Numbered from the stretch's first letter, positions 7,974 through 16,652 are shown. The stretch is 39,325 bases of DNA from Dehalococcoidia bacterium (GCA_004296805.1 SCVR01000015.1:1-39325); one strand, 5' to 3'. Notes: generated by a model not told the origin, from the sequence alone. Numbers and translations: made by a program.

Positions 7974-8525
7974 TCATCGGTCTGCAAGGGACGCTCCTGT
8001 CTGGGCTGCCGTGTAGGCGTCGACGATCGGGCCGGACACACGTCCCCGGGTCACGGCCTCGAGGAGGCCCTGTTGGACGGCCCACTGCTTCACCTCGAGG
8101 GGGGACACGCCCAGGGCGCGGAGCTTCGAGGCGGTCGTGTGGTTGCTGCCCTGGCCCGTGACGCGTCTCGACCGGGCCGGGCGGCCGACCGAGGTTGCTC
8201 GGGGCCGTCGCGGCCCGCGGGGACGCCGCGGCTTCTTCGCCGCCGCCGGCCGGGTTGGTGTCTTGGCTCTGGCCAGGATCTGCTCCTCGGCCGCCACAGC
8301 TGCAGCGTCACGGGCCGCGCGGCGAGCCTCACCCCGTGCCCGGGTGACCACCGCTGCCGCGCATTGCCCGCACCGGCCGGCGGCGTCCAGGTCGCCGGGG
8401 TCGCGCTTCAGCTTGCAGTCCACACACCACGGCCGATGCGGGCGGTGCAGATCCACCGGGATCGGCGGCAACGGCCGGCCACCCTGCGCCGCGACGTACA
8501 CGCCTGCGTTGCCTGAGACGATCAC
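7974..8525 (-). CDS. Zn-finger plus Lsr2-like DNA-binding domain protein (copy 2)
   Basis: CVDC...CGQC at the N-terminus; C-terminal EVKQWAVQQG...TRGRVSGPIVDAYTAAQ. Confidence 0.8.
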   Translation of the reverse strand: MIVSGNAGVYVAAQGGRPLPPIPVDLHRPHRPWCVDCKLKRDPGDLDAAGRCGQCAAAVVTRARGEARRAARDAAAVAAEEQILARAKTPTRPAAAKKPRRPRGPRRPRATSVGRPARSRRVTGQGSNHTTASKLRALGVSPLEVKQWAVQQGLLEAVTRGRVSGPIVDAYTAAQTGASLADR

Positions 8526-8704
8526 GCGGCCCCCTCCGCTGTCGGGTCAGAGAGCCGGGCCCGGTCGGCCTCGTGCTTGACGCAGAGACGCGACCCGGTC
8601 GTCGGTGGCTGGCCACAGGGCTTCTCGCGGTGCAGCGCCGTGCCGCGGTTGTTCGTCGAGGGCCGGGACAGGGATGGCCACACCGTGACCGGGCAGCCGG
8701 TCAC
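8522..8704 (-). CDS. small Cys/His hypothetical protein
   Basis: 60 aa, CG.P...SRLCVKH; overlapping start/stop codons. Confidence 0.6.
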   Translation of the reverse strand: MTGCPVTVWPSLSRPSTNNRGTALHREKPCGQPPTTGSRLCVKHEADRARLSDPTAEGAA

Positions 8705-9063
8705 GAGCCCTCACCACGCTCGGAGCCGGGCGGATTGCTGCTACGGGACTTGCGGCTGAATCGCCACGTGGTCGGCCCGCTACCGAGGGGGATGGTCAGC
8801 AGCCGCCGACGGTTCCCCCATCCGATCCGGTCAGGGTCGTTCTCGAACTCGACCTCGATGGCGCGGTGGTAGGCGGGTCGTCCTAGGCGGTGGAAGCCCT
8901 TGAACGTGCGCCGGGGCTTCTCACACGTTCCCCAGCCGCACGACGCGCCCCGGAGCGCGACGGCGAGATTCAGGGTGCCGATCAGCCGTGTGCGCGTCTT
9001 GATCGCCAGGGTCCAGCGCGGGTGCTGGTGGGTATGAGCCTTCTCGGTCTGAGACTCAGGCAT
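8701..9063 (-). CDS. hypothetical protein
   Basis: 120 aa starting MPESQ inside the junction repeat, GGAGG RBS. Confidence 0.6.
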   Translation of the reverse strand: MPESQTEKAHTHQHPRWTLAIKTRTRLIGTLNLAVALRGASCGWGTCEKPRRTFKGFHRLGRPAYHRAIEVEFENDPDRIGWGNRRRLLTIPLGSGPTTWRFSRKSRSSNPPGSERGEGS

Positions 9064-9085
9064 CGCGCACCTCCGAGGCGGGCGG
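9049..9085. repeat. 37-bp gene-junction direct repeat, copy 1
   Basis: CTGAGACTCAGGCATCGCGCACCTCCGAGGCGGGCGG, identical to 9440-9476. Confidence 0.95.
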
Positions 9086-9454
9086 CATGCTCAGTTCACG
9101 GGCGCTGTTGAGCGTCCAGTCGTGGGACCAGAACTTGCGGAAGTCGTCGTACTTCGCGCCGAACATGGCGCGGACCTTGGTGGTGACTTCTGCCCTGTCG
9201 GCGGCGATGACCTTCGCCGGAGTTCTTGCTTCGACCTTGTTGCCGTAGTAGTCCCAGCGCCGCACGGTGATGTCCCACTCGAACTGCACGGGGGGAGGCG
9301 TCTCGTCGGGGCCGCCTGGGCAGTTCTGCCGGATCGGGTTGTACCACTCGTGGGCGTAGTGGGCGCGGGTCTCGTCGCACCGCTTGAACCCCATCCCGAG
9401 CGGGACCATGCCGCTCGACGGCGTACCCACACTCTCGGACTGAGACTCAGGCAT
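9056..9454 (-). CDS. hypothetical protein flanked by the 37-bp repeats
   Basis: MPESQSESVG...MPPASEVRDA; starts in one repeat copy and stops in the other. Confidence 0.7.
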   Translation of the reverse strand: MPESQSESVGTPSSGMVPLGMGFKRCDETRAHYAHEWYNPIRQNCPGGPDETPPPVQFEWDITVRRWDYYGNKVEARTPAKVIAADRAEVTTKVRAMFGAKYDDFRKFWSHDWTLNSARELSMPPASEVRDA

Positions 9455-9476
9455 CGCGCACCTCCGAGGCGGGCGG
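9440..9476. repeat. 37-bp gene-junction direct repeat, copy 2
   Basis: identical to 9049-9085. Confidence 0.95.
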
Positions 9477-10058
9477 AATGACGCAGTCGACCGAGTCCGT
9501 GTGCATCGGGTCGGTGGAGCCGCAGGTCGAACACGGAAGGCAGACTGAGCACAGGTGGAACGTGCGTCCCTGGAGTGGGCTGTAGATGTGGCCGCGTCGC
9601 AGGCAGGACCACCACTCGCGGGGCTTGCCCAGGACGTACACGCGGCGGCCCCGGAAGCGCGGGGCGTGGTGCTGCTTCCCGATGCCGCAGTGCTCGCACC
9701 GCCCAAACGAGGTGCCGCCTCCACCTGACGTGATGCCCAGGACGTAGAGCCGGGACGCGAGGCGGTACCAGATGTCCCAGGACTTCCAGCGGCGGTGCTT
9801 GTCCTGGCAGTGGCGCTTGGCTGCCGCCTTGCTGTGCTCGTCGAGCATGCAGTCGCGGCACGGCGCGGGGTACATCCCGTCGACATGGGCCATGTAGGTC
9901 GGCCAGTGGCGCGGTTCGGCGTCGCACCCCACGAGCTCGAAGCCCTCGGGCGCGGGAGGCGGATTGGTGGCGACTCGCTCGCAGTCGGCCATGAACCCTC
10001 CGAGGGTCCATTCCTGCTCGTCGTCGAGCGCCACATTCTCGGACGCTTTCTCGGTCAC
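9447..10058 (-). CDS. Cys-rich hypothetical protein
   Basis: 203 aa ending IPPASEVRDA; several CxxC motifs. Confidence 0.65.
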   Translation of the reverse strand: MTEKASENVALDDEQEWTLGGFMADCERVATNPPPAPEGFELVGCDAEPRHWPTYMAHVDGMYPAPCRDCMLDEHSKAAAKRHCQDKHRRWKSWDIWYRLASRLYVLGITSGGGGTSFGRCEHCGIGKQHHAPRFRGRRVYVLGKPREWWSCLRRGHIYSPLQGRTFHLCSVCLPCSTCGSTDPMHTDSVDCVIPPASEVRDA

Positions 10059-10270
10059 GACAGGCCTCCCACGGGCCCGTGTTCGCGGGCCTGGTGGGTG
10101 GCCATGTCGCGTACGACGTCGGGGTCAACCCGGGGTCCGGCCGCCAGCGCCTTGTAGACGCGGACCTCGAGCGCGGACGCAGCAGCGACGACCCTGTCGA
10201 CGTCGACGGGTTCGGCGGTGCCGAGGAGCCTGAGGAGGATCGCGACGTCGTTGGCCTCGGTGATGGTCAT
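10055..10270 (-). CDS. hypothetical protein
   Basis: 71-aa coupled ORF. Confidence 0.6.
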   Translation of the reverse strand: MTITEANDVAILLRLLGTAEPVDVDRVVAAASALEVRVYKALAAGPRVDPDVVRDMATHQAREHGPVGGLS

Positions 10271-10596
10271 GCTGCTCCGTTCGAGGTCGTGGCGTACTGG
10301 TCAGCGGGTTCGTGGAGGTGGACGCGTCGCCACGGGTAGCCCGCAGCGAGGTCGCGGAGGTGGTCCTCGGTGGCGGTGCCTTCGCTGCGGACCAGGAAGT
10401 GCTCCATCAGGTCAGCCGGGCGCCACGCCACCGTCCCGACCACGACGACACAGCCGGTCGCGGCGACGGTGAACGGCTCCTGGTCGGCGACCTCGAGGGG
10501 CAGCCACCGGTCGGTCCCGGCGCGCTTGGCCCACACGATCTTCACGCCACAGCCGGGGTGCTTGCAGGCCCGGCCCGGGTCCGCTCCCCGGGTCAC
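10267..10596 (-). CDS. hypothetical protein (C..CG..I.W...LPLE type)
   Basis: CKHPGCGVKIVWAK...WLPLE; resembles 1801-2142. Confidence 0.7.
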   Translation of the reverse strand: MTRGADPGRACKHPGCGVKIVWAKRAGTDRWLPLEVADQEPFTVAATGCVVVVGTVAWRPADLMEHFLVRSEGTATEDHLRDLAAGYPWRRVHLHEPADQYATTSNGAA

Positions 10597-10919
10597 GAGG
10601 ACGGTTCCTTCGACCAGGCCGCCAACGCGCCGGCGATGGCCATGTCGTTGACCCAGTACCGGTTCTCTCGGGCGGGCCGGTAGCCGTCGATCAGCTCGCG
10701 GGCTGGTACCGAGGGACGGGAGGAGGTACGGCTCCCCCCGCCCCTCGGCTCGTGTCCACCGTCGACACCGAGATCACCGGCGGGGGACTTCCCGACCGGG
10801 CGGCGCGCTTCCCCACGCACTCGCCGGCCGGAAGACATGGCAGGCCACACGAACCAAGCCACGAACAGCACCGTCGACAGGCCACACACGGTGGCGACGA
10901 CCAGGGCGGCGGCCCTCAT
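10593..10919 (-). CDS. membrane-anchored hypothetical protein
   Basis: N-terminal hydrophobic stretch; coupled ORF. Confidence 0.55.
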   Translation of the reverse strand: MRAAALVVATVCGLSTVLFVAWFVWPAMSSGRRVRGEARRPVGKSPAGDLGVDGGHEPRGGGSRTSSRPSVPARELIDGYRPARENRYWVNDMAIAGALAAWSKEPSS

Positions 10920-11164
10920 GACCGGTCACCTCCCACGACACGCAGGAGCCGCACCGGCTCGACAGCGGACGGGAGGTCGACACGGGCCTGGGCGACCGCT
11001 GCACGGATCTGCAGCACGTCGAGCAGGTAGTCAGGGCGGTCCTCGATCCCGCCCGACGCGAACGCCAGCTCGAGGGCATCAGCGATCGCGGAGGCCATGA
11101 GGAGGTCGGTGGAGATCTGCACGACCCCGTTCGCGCCATCAGCGGCGATCCGGTTGACGGTCAT
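10916..11164 (-). CDS. hypothetical protein
   Basis: 82-aa coupled ORF. Confidence 0.6.
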   Translation of the reverse strand: MTVNRIAADGANGVVQISTDLLMASAIADALELAFASGGIEDRPDYLLDVLQIRAAVAQARVDLPSAVEPVRLLRVVGGDRS

Positions 11165-11433
11165 GACCCCGACCCCAGACCCGGCGAAGTGACGCGCTGG
11201 CGGCGGGTCGGTGGCGGCTCCCAGCCCCGCAGCCGCTCACCGATGCTCGGACGGTTGGCCTTGGCCCAGTTCAGGTCCGGTCGGTGGATCTCGTCAAGCT
11301 TCGGGTCAAGCCGCACCAGGAGCGCGACGCGGGACCAGTAGTCCGACTCGGACTGGTGCCACTCGCTCACGCGGAAGCACAACAGGGCAGCCGCCACGCC
11401 AAGGGCGGCGGCGACGAACAGCAGCGCGCTCAT
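11161..11433 (-). CDS. membrane-anchored hypothetical protein
   Basis: MSALLFVAAALGVAAALLCF hydrophobic N-terminus. Confidence 0.6.
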   Translation of the reverse strand: MSALLFVAAALGVAAALLCFRVSEWHQSESDYWSRVALLVRLDPKLDEIHRPDLNWAKANRPSIGERLRGWEPPPTRRQRVTSPGLGSGS

Positions 11434-11657
11434 GACGCCGCCACCTGGCCGGCAGCCCGGAACGCGTCGAGCCGCACCAGCGCGTCAGTGACCCGCTCCG
11501 TGGCGTGGAGCATGAACGACCCGGCCTCGGGGATCGTCGACGACCCGAGGGCCGCCATCGCGCGGGCCGCGGTGAGCTCGTCGGCGTACTCCGCAAGGGC
11601 GGCGTTCTCCTGGGCCGTCGCCCAGGCGTCCCGGGTGTTGGCGTACGCCGCGGTCAC
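11430..11657 (-). CDS. hypothetical protein
   Basis: 75 aa from GTG11657 (GTGA overlap): VTAAYANTRDAW... Confidence 0.6.
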   Translation of the reverse strand: MTAAYANTRDAWATAQENAALAEYADELTAARAMAALGSSTIPEAGSFMLHATERVTDALVRLDAFRAAGQVAAS

Positions 11658-11779
11658 GACGGGTCGGCCTGTCGGTCGAGGACCTCGGCCACGTACGCGC
11701 CGGCACCGGCGAGGACGATCAGGGCGAGGTGGAATCTCAGCGCCCACGCGACGCTGAGCAGGTTCTCGAGGTGGTCCAT
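11654..11779 (-). CDS. small membrane protein
   Basis: MDHLENLLSVAWALRFHLALIVLAGAGAYVAEVLDRQADPS, with GAGGAG RBS. Confidence 0.65.
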   Translation of the reverse strand: MDHLENLLSVAWALRFHLALIVLAGAGAYVAEVLDRQADPS

Positions 11780-11868
11780 CGGTAGAGTTCTCCTCAGTTC
11801 GTGGGTCCGGTGACTCTTGATCGGGGGTGCCGGGCCCTCGGCTATTTCCGGGGGTGGTGCAGGGGTGT

Positions 11869-12621
11869 TCAGGCGCTGTCGACGAGCTGCCGTTCGTAGG
11901 GCGTGAGGAACCCGCCACGACGCGCCCGCTCGAGGGCCTTGTCGACCGCCGCGGCGCGCTTCCTCTGCCGGGCAGTCAGGGCGTCGTTGAACACCTGCGT
12001 GTCGCGTTGCTGGCGCAGCGCGGCGCGTTCCTCCGGGGTCCTGGTCTCGGCGACCAGCCGGGCCCGGGTCTTGTGGATCGCGTCGTGGAGGTCCGCGACC
12101 GCAGCTTGGCCCTGCGACCGGCGTGCCGGGGGCCGCATCGTCTTCGGGCCGAACAGCATCAACGCCAACCGGCCCACCATGTGGGTCTGGTCGACCGTCG
12201 TGCACGACCGGAGCACCGCGTGCAGGTTCGGGATCGTGAGGAACGAGTACAGCTGGGCCTCGACGTCCCGCGGCAACGGGGTGCCGTCGACACCGGGGGC
12301 CGTGGGCAGGAGCGCCTTGATGCACCGCACACACACCCGCCGGTAGCGGAACACGTCCACCGCCCTGGATCGGGGAACGACCGCGAGACGGCGGGTGTGT
12401 GTGCGGCAGACCGTCCGGGCGGTCACGGGGATGAACCGGCCAGACGGGGTCAGAGGGGAGACAGCGACGTGGACGACACCGCGGGGTCGCGCGACGAGGT
12501 GCGCCGCCGGCGCCACAGGCTCGGAACCATCGGCCCGGCAAGGGGCCGTGGGAGCAGGGGCGCCGGCGGACGACTCGTTGGCGGCACGGACCAGGAGCGC
12601 AGCCTGCAGCATCGGGATCAC
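11869..12621 (-). CDS. hypothetical protein
   Basis: 250-aa ORF with CVRC; overlaps the upstream stop. Confidence 0.6.
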   Translation of the reverse strand: MIPMLQAALLVRAANESSAGAPAPTAPCRADGSEPVAPAAHLVARPRGVVHVAVSPLTPSGRFIPVTARTVCRTHTRRLAVVPRSRAVDVFRYRRVCVRCIKALLPTAPGVDGTPLPRDVEAQLYSFLTIPNLHAVLRSCTTVDQTHMVGRLALMLFGPKTMRPPARRSQGQAAVADLHDAIHKTRARLVAETRTPEERAALRQQRDTQVFNDALTARQRKRAAAVDKALERARRGGFLTPYERQLVDSA

Positions 12622-13460
12622 TTCGGCTCCGGGACCGGAATCAGTCCACCCGCAGCGGACTGCACCTTCATGATTCGCAGTGGCTTGCCGGCTCGGCGGT
12701 AGTTCCAGGCGCGATAGATCATGGAGAGGTAGATGCGCTTGGTCAGCACCTCACGGTTGCGGCGGGCCTCGGCCGCCCGGTTGGTCAGCGCCAACACGGG
12801 GTCACCAGGCTTGAGGCCGACCTTCTCTGATGCGGCCACCCAGAACTGCGCCGCCTCGAACATGTCGATCTGCGAGAGCCGCCAGAACGTGTAGGCGACC
12901 ACCGCAGGCGGACAGTCCGTCCGACGTGCGAGGGGCCGAGCGAATTCGCAGGCCGAGCGAAGATCCGGGCGCTCTTCGAGGAGCAGTTCGATCTCGGAGT
13001 TGGTGGCGTTGTACTTGCCGGGGTCGTCGAGACTGGAAGCGACGCCGAGCGCCAGCCGAGCAGTGGCTGCCAGCAGGGTCGCGTTCTTCTCGCCGTTGAG
13101 AGAGAGCGCGTCGGCTGCGGTACGGCGGCGGCCTGTGTCCATGACGCGCTGGACGGCGGGGTCGAGCTCGCGAATGACCAGGAGGGGAAGGGTGACGCCC
13201 GACTTGATGATGGCTGCGAGCCGGTGCTGTCCGTCGAGCAGGGCGCCGTTGTTGCCGAACTTGATGGCTTCGCCGGTGAACTCCCATGCGCCGGACAACA
13301 TGTCCCGGGCGTAGCGATTCACGTCGCTGGGGGTGAGAGGCCGGTTCTTGGTGTTCTGCTTCAGCCACCGCTCGGCCATCTCGGGTGTGACGAAGATGAT
13401 CGATGGTGCGGGCTTGCTGTTGATCGGGACGATGTTGTCGTCCGCGAGGGGCTCAGGCAT
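12618..13460 (-). CDS. ParB-like nuclease-domain protein
   Basis: NRPL...RYARDM..G.W...GEAIKF...LLDGQHRLAAI (DGQHR motif). Confidence 0.8.
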   Translation of the reverse strand: MPEPLADDNIVPINSKPAPSIIFVTPEMAERWLKQNTKNRPLTPSDVNRYARDMLSGAWEFTGEAIKFGNNGALLDGQHRLAAIIKSGVTLPLLVIRELDPAVQRVMDTGRRRTAADALSLNGEKNATLLAATARLALGVASSLDDPGKYNATNSEIELLLEERPDLRSACEFARPLARRTDCPPAVVAYTFWRLSQIDMFEAAQFWVAASEKVGLKPGDPVLALTNRAAEARRNREVLTKRIYLSMIYRAWNYRRAGKPLRIMKVQSAAGGLIPVPEPK

Positions 13461-14106
13461 GGGTAGACTCCTCTTGTGAGTTGATCTCTTGCTCGAGGTC
13501 GGTCAGGACCTTGAGTGCGTGGGCGAGGTGGTGGCGCAGATGCGCGGCCACCTCGTTCTTGTTTCGGACGAAGCGGTCGTCGGCGTTCAGTCGCTCGAAC
13601 CGTTCGGTCAGGCGGCGCAGGTCGATGCCGAGATCCCGCGCGACGTCGGGCAGAGCACGCCGCGACGGTGACCGGGGCGTCGTGGTGCGTTCGCGCCCGT
13701 CGAGGCCAGTGGTGACCCGGACGACGGTCGGGGGCTCGACTGAGGAAAGTTCCTCAGTTGCCCGAAGGTCGTTGCCCACCGTCTTCTGGTCGACGCCCAC
13801 GATCGGGGCGATGGCCCGCGTGGACATCCCCTCGTCGGCCAGCCGGACCACCAGTTCCCGGCGGTCGTCCCGGGCCAGGCGCAGCGGCTCGTCTGAGAGA
13901 ACGTCCGACAGGTACGCGGTCCACGACTTGTAGCCGAGAGCAACATGTGCCTGACCGGCCTTGGCCTCGTCGACCAGTGCCAAGACCTTGGCCTTGGCCT
14001 CGGTGTAGTTGGCGGCCGCGATGCGGATGCGCTCGGTGAGGCGGCGCGCGTCGCGCTCCGAAAGAACCTCGACGATCTCGCCGGTCTCGGCGTTGACGAG
14101 GGTCAT
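13453..14106 (-). CDS. HTH DNA-binding protein
   Basis: LGYKSWTAY...GMSTRAIAPIVGVDQKTVGNDL...GLDGR. Confidence 0.75.
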   Translation of the reverse strand: MTLVNAETGEIVEVLSERDARRLTERIRIAAANYTEAKAKVLALVDEAKAGQAHVALGYKSWTAYLSDVLSDEPLRLARDDRRELVVRLADEGMSTRAIAPIVGVDQKTVGNDLRATEELSSVEPPTVVRVTTGLDGRERTTTPRSPSRRALPDVARDLGIDLRRLTERFERLNADDRFVRNKNEVAAHLRHHLAHALKVLTDLEQEINSQEESTHA

Positions 14107-14315
14107 CAGCCCACCGGGAGTGAGTCGATGTAGGCCTGGAGGTCAACGGCGCGGATGACGCGCTTCCCGCTGACGGCGCCGGTCTCGGGGTCCTGCTTCG
14201 TGCGGCGGACCTTGAGGCGGCCGGCGCGGATCTCGGAGTCGAGGTGGGTCTCCGAGAGGCCGGTCGCTGCGACCGCTTCCTTCACCGAGTACGCGAGCTT
14301 GGTGGCGGCGCTCAC
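14106..14315 (-). CDS. excisionase-like HTH protein
   Basis: KLAYSVKEAVAATGLSETHL...IRAGRL...KRVIRAVDLQAYIDSLP; GTG overlaps the cro stop. Confidence 0.8.
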   Translation of the reverse strand: MSAATKLAYSVKEAVAATGLSETHLDSEIRAGRLKVRRTKQDPETGAVSGKRVIRAVDLQAYIDSLPVG

Positions 14316-14569
14316 GACGCGGCCCGCTCGAGGTCGGTCACCCCGTGGGGGTTGGCGAGGAGGGCGCGTCGGTCCTCGACGACCAGGGCAGTGAGGAGGG
14401 CGTTGAAGACCTTCGGGGAGACGCGGCGCGAGTGGCCGAGCTCGATCTTCGCGATGTAGGGCCGCTGCACCTTGACCTGCGCGGCGAGTTCGGCGACTCC
14501 GAGGCCGGAGCGTTTGCGGAGCTCCCGGAGCGCGTAGCCGTTGATCTCGATGGTTGTGGGCGTCGCCAT
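14312..14569 (-). CDS. Cro-like XRE-family HTH protein
   Basis: LRELRKRSGLGVAELAAQVKVQRPYIAKIELG; divergent from the repressor. Confidence 0.85.
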   Translation of the reverse strand: MATPTTIEINGYALRELRKRSGLGVAELAAQVKVQRPYIAKIELGHSRRVSPKVFNALLTALVVEDRRALLANPHGVTDLERAAS

Positions 14570-14737
14570 GCGTACATATAAGCACGTTCAGGAACACTTG
14601 GCAACGAATGCGCACAGGAACTTGCAAGCCCGCGACCTGCGGAACCACATCGGTGTCATTCACGCGGGCAGCGCGACACGCCTAGGTGTTCCTAGGTGGG
14701 TGTAGATGTTCCTGGACGTGTCTGGTCCACTACATCC
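14570..14737. promoter_or_regulatory. lysis/lysogeny switch region with candidate operators
   Basis: AGGAAC/GTTCCT boxes near 14589, 14615, 14686 and 14706; minus-strand TTGCCA-N17-TTATAT just ahead of cro. Confidence 0.6.
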
Positions 14738-15076
14738 ATGGACATGAGCGAGCAGGACCGCGCCGACCTGGGCGCTGCGATCAAGCGGCAACGAGAGCGG
14801 CTCTACGGCACCAAGAAAGCCGCCTACGTCGCCGCCGAGGTCAACCAACACACCTGGGAGAAGGCCGAGCGCGGCGAAGCTCTCAGGGGTGACCGTCTAC
14901 GCCGCATCGTGCGGACCCTGTGGCCAGAGACCGAGGGTGACTGGACCCTGATCGACGTCGCCCCCGATCATCAGCCGGCCTCGCTTGAGGATCGCGTGGT
15001 CGCCCTCGAGGAGCAGCTGTCCCGCCTCCTCGCCGAGCACGACGACGACCAGGGCGACCAGGCCACCACGGCATGA
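14738..15076 (+). CDS. immunity repressor (XRE-like HTH)
   Basis: LGAAIKRQRERLYGTKKAAYVAAEVNQHTWEKAERG; divergent from cro and next to the integrase. Confidence 0.75.
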   Translation: MDMSEQDRADLGAAIKRQRERLYGTKKAAYVAAEVNQHTWEKAERGEALRGDRLRRIVRTLWPETEGDWTLIDVAPDHQPASLEDRVVALEEQLSRLLAEHDDDQGDQATTA

Positions 15077-15456
15077 CCCGTCTGGGCTACGCCCACCAGC
15101 CCGAAGGTGGACCCATCGGCCATTGCGCGCTGCACCCCCAGGGCCCAACGATCAGCGGTGAGTGGGGCCTTGCAGATGAGGGAGCGAGACCGAAGGTGGG
15201 AACCGATACAACCGCGAGCGTGCGGATCACGCTCGCAGCCATCCTGTACACCCTGGCCCTGGCGCTCGGCGTTCTAGGCACAATGGAGAACGACATCCGA
15301 CTGCTGTTCTGGTCGCTGATCGTGACCAAGCCAGCCGCGTTGATCACGGTATACATCATGGGTCAGTCCGATCGACTGAACCTCGAGCGGCTGCTCGACC
15401 GCCTGGTCGAGCGGGCGCGGCAACGGAAGCGCGCGGACGTGACGCCCATCCGCTAG
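15073..15456 (+). CDS. membrane protein (2 TM) behind the repressor
   Basis: ITLAAILYTLALALGVLG and LLFWSLIVTKPAALITVYIM; start uncertain. Confidence 0.65.
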   Translation: MTRLGYAHQPEGGPIGHCALHPQGPTISGEWGLADEGARPKVGTDTTASVRITLAAILYTLALALGVLGTMENDIRLLFWSLIVTKPAALITVYIMGQSDRLNLERLLDRLVERARQRKRADVTPIR

Positions 15457-16652
15457 CCGAGCTGGAGCCGCTCCCCGACCCTCCGCATCGCGTCGAGGAG
15501 CGGCTCCCGCCGGACCGTCATGTACTTCCTCGACGTGATCACCGAGGAGTGCCCCAGGAGCGCGGTGACGACGTGCTCGTCGACCCCGGCCTCGAGGAGC
15601 ATGGTCGCGGCGAAGTTGCGGCACTCGTGGACGTGGTACGGCCTCCCCGTGGGGTGCCCCACTTCGGCGGTGCCCTGGATGGCGTGCCACTCGTCGCGGT
15701 CGTGCTTGTCGTTCGCCGGCCGCCCCGCGGCGGTGGGCCACACCAGGCCCCACGGGTTCGCTGGGGCGACGTCGCGCCACCTCAGCAGTCCGTCACGGAC
15801 CGGCTCGAGCAGCGGCACCACCCGGTAGCCGGCCTTCGACTTCGGCCGGATCAGGTGGAACGAGTCGACGAGGTGACGGGCCTCGAACCCGTCTGGCACA
15901 CGGAACCCGGACGACCGGTCACGGGGGATCTTGTACGGGAGCGGCTGCAGCTGCCACTCGATCACCGCTTCGCCGAAGCCGCCCGCGTCGAAGTCGACCG
16001 CGTCCCAGGTGAGACCGAGGCACTCCCCCATCCGCTGCCCGTACAGCAGCGTGAACAGCCACCGGGAGCCGTGCGGGAGCTCGGCGGCCACCCTCAGGCA
16101 CGCGAGGCCCTGGTCGACGCTCATCGCCTGCCGGTCGGACTTCTCCGACCTCGGGGTCTCCACCAGCAGCACCCGTGGTGGCACCGGGTGCCCCTCACGC
16201 ATCGCCGCACGGAGCATCGTCATCAACGCCCGGTGCGTGTCGGCGGCCTGGCGGCCGGCCGCGCGCTGCGCCTCGGCCACCGCCCGGACGTCGCGGGGGC
16301 TGAGCTGCTCGAGCCGCTTGTGCCCGATCGTGGGGATCACCCAGTTCTTGATCGGGTTCGCCGCCGCGTTGTACCCCTTCGGTGAGAGCTCGCGAACACG
16401 GATCGCGAGGTACTCCTCCGCCCAGGCCTTCACCGTCACCCGGTGCGCGGTCTCCTGGCCGGCCTTGTGCTTGGCGATCCGGTCGCGGAGCTTGCGCTTC
16501 GCCTCGGCCTCGGTCTTCGCGGTGACGTAGAGCCGCCGTCGAGTGCCCTTGTTGGTGAACCCGGCCTCGATGGTGCCGACCCAGCGGCCATCTGAGGCGC
16601 GGCGGTGGATGCCCCCGCTGCCGTACTCGCGGCGACCGCGCTTGCCGGTCAT
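15453..16652 (-). CDS. int: tyrosine integrase
   Basis: catalytic residues R (YGQRMGE), K (PKSKAG), HxxR (HECR), H (LGHS), Y (RKY); N-terminal GSGGIHRRASDGRW arm-binding-like domain. Confidence 0.95.
   Translation of the reverse strand: MTGKRGRREYGSGGIHRRASDGRWVGTIEAGFTNKGTRRRLYVTAKTEAEAKRKLRDRIAKHKAGQETAHRVTVKAWAEEYLAIRVRELSPKGYNAAANPIKNWVIPTIGHKRLEQLSPRDVRAVAEAQRAAGRQAADTHRALMTMLRAAMREGHPVPPRVLLVETPRSEKSDRQAMSVDQGLACLRVAAELPHGSRWLFTLLYGQRMGECLGLTWDAVDFDAGGFGEAVIEWQLQPLPYKIPRDRSSGFRVPDGFEARHLVDSFHLIRPKSKAGYRVVPLLEPVRDGLLRWRDVAPANPWGLVWPTAAGRPANDKHDRDEWHAIQGTAEVGHPTGRPYHVHECRNFAATMLLEAGVDEHVVTALLGHSSVITSRKYMTVRREPLLDAMRRVGERLQLG

Noticed and set aside
9049-9476. 37-bp repeats as CRISPR repeats or a DGR template/variable pair
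   Set aside because: Only two identical copies 391 bp apart within coding junctions; no adenine-specific mismatches and no reverse transcriptase recognised
14738-15076. Integration-dependent immunity (attP inside the repressor gene)
   Set aside because: The attP core lies upstream of int at ~16.8 kb, not in the repressor
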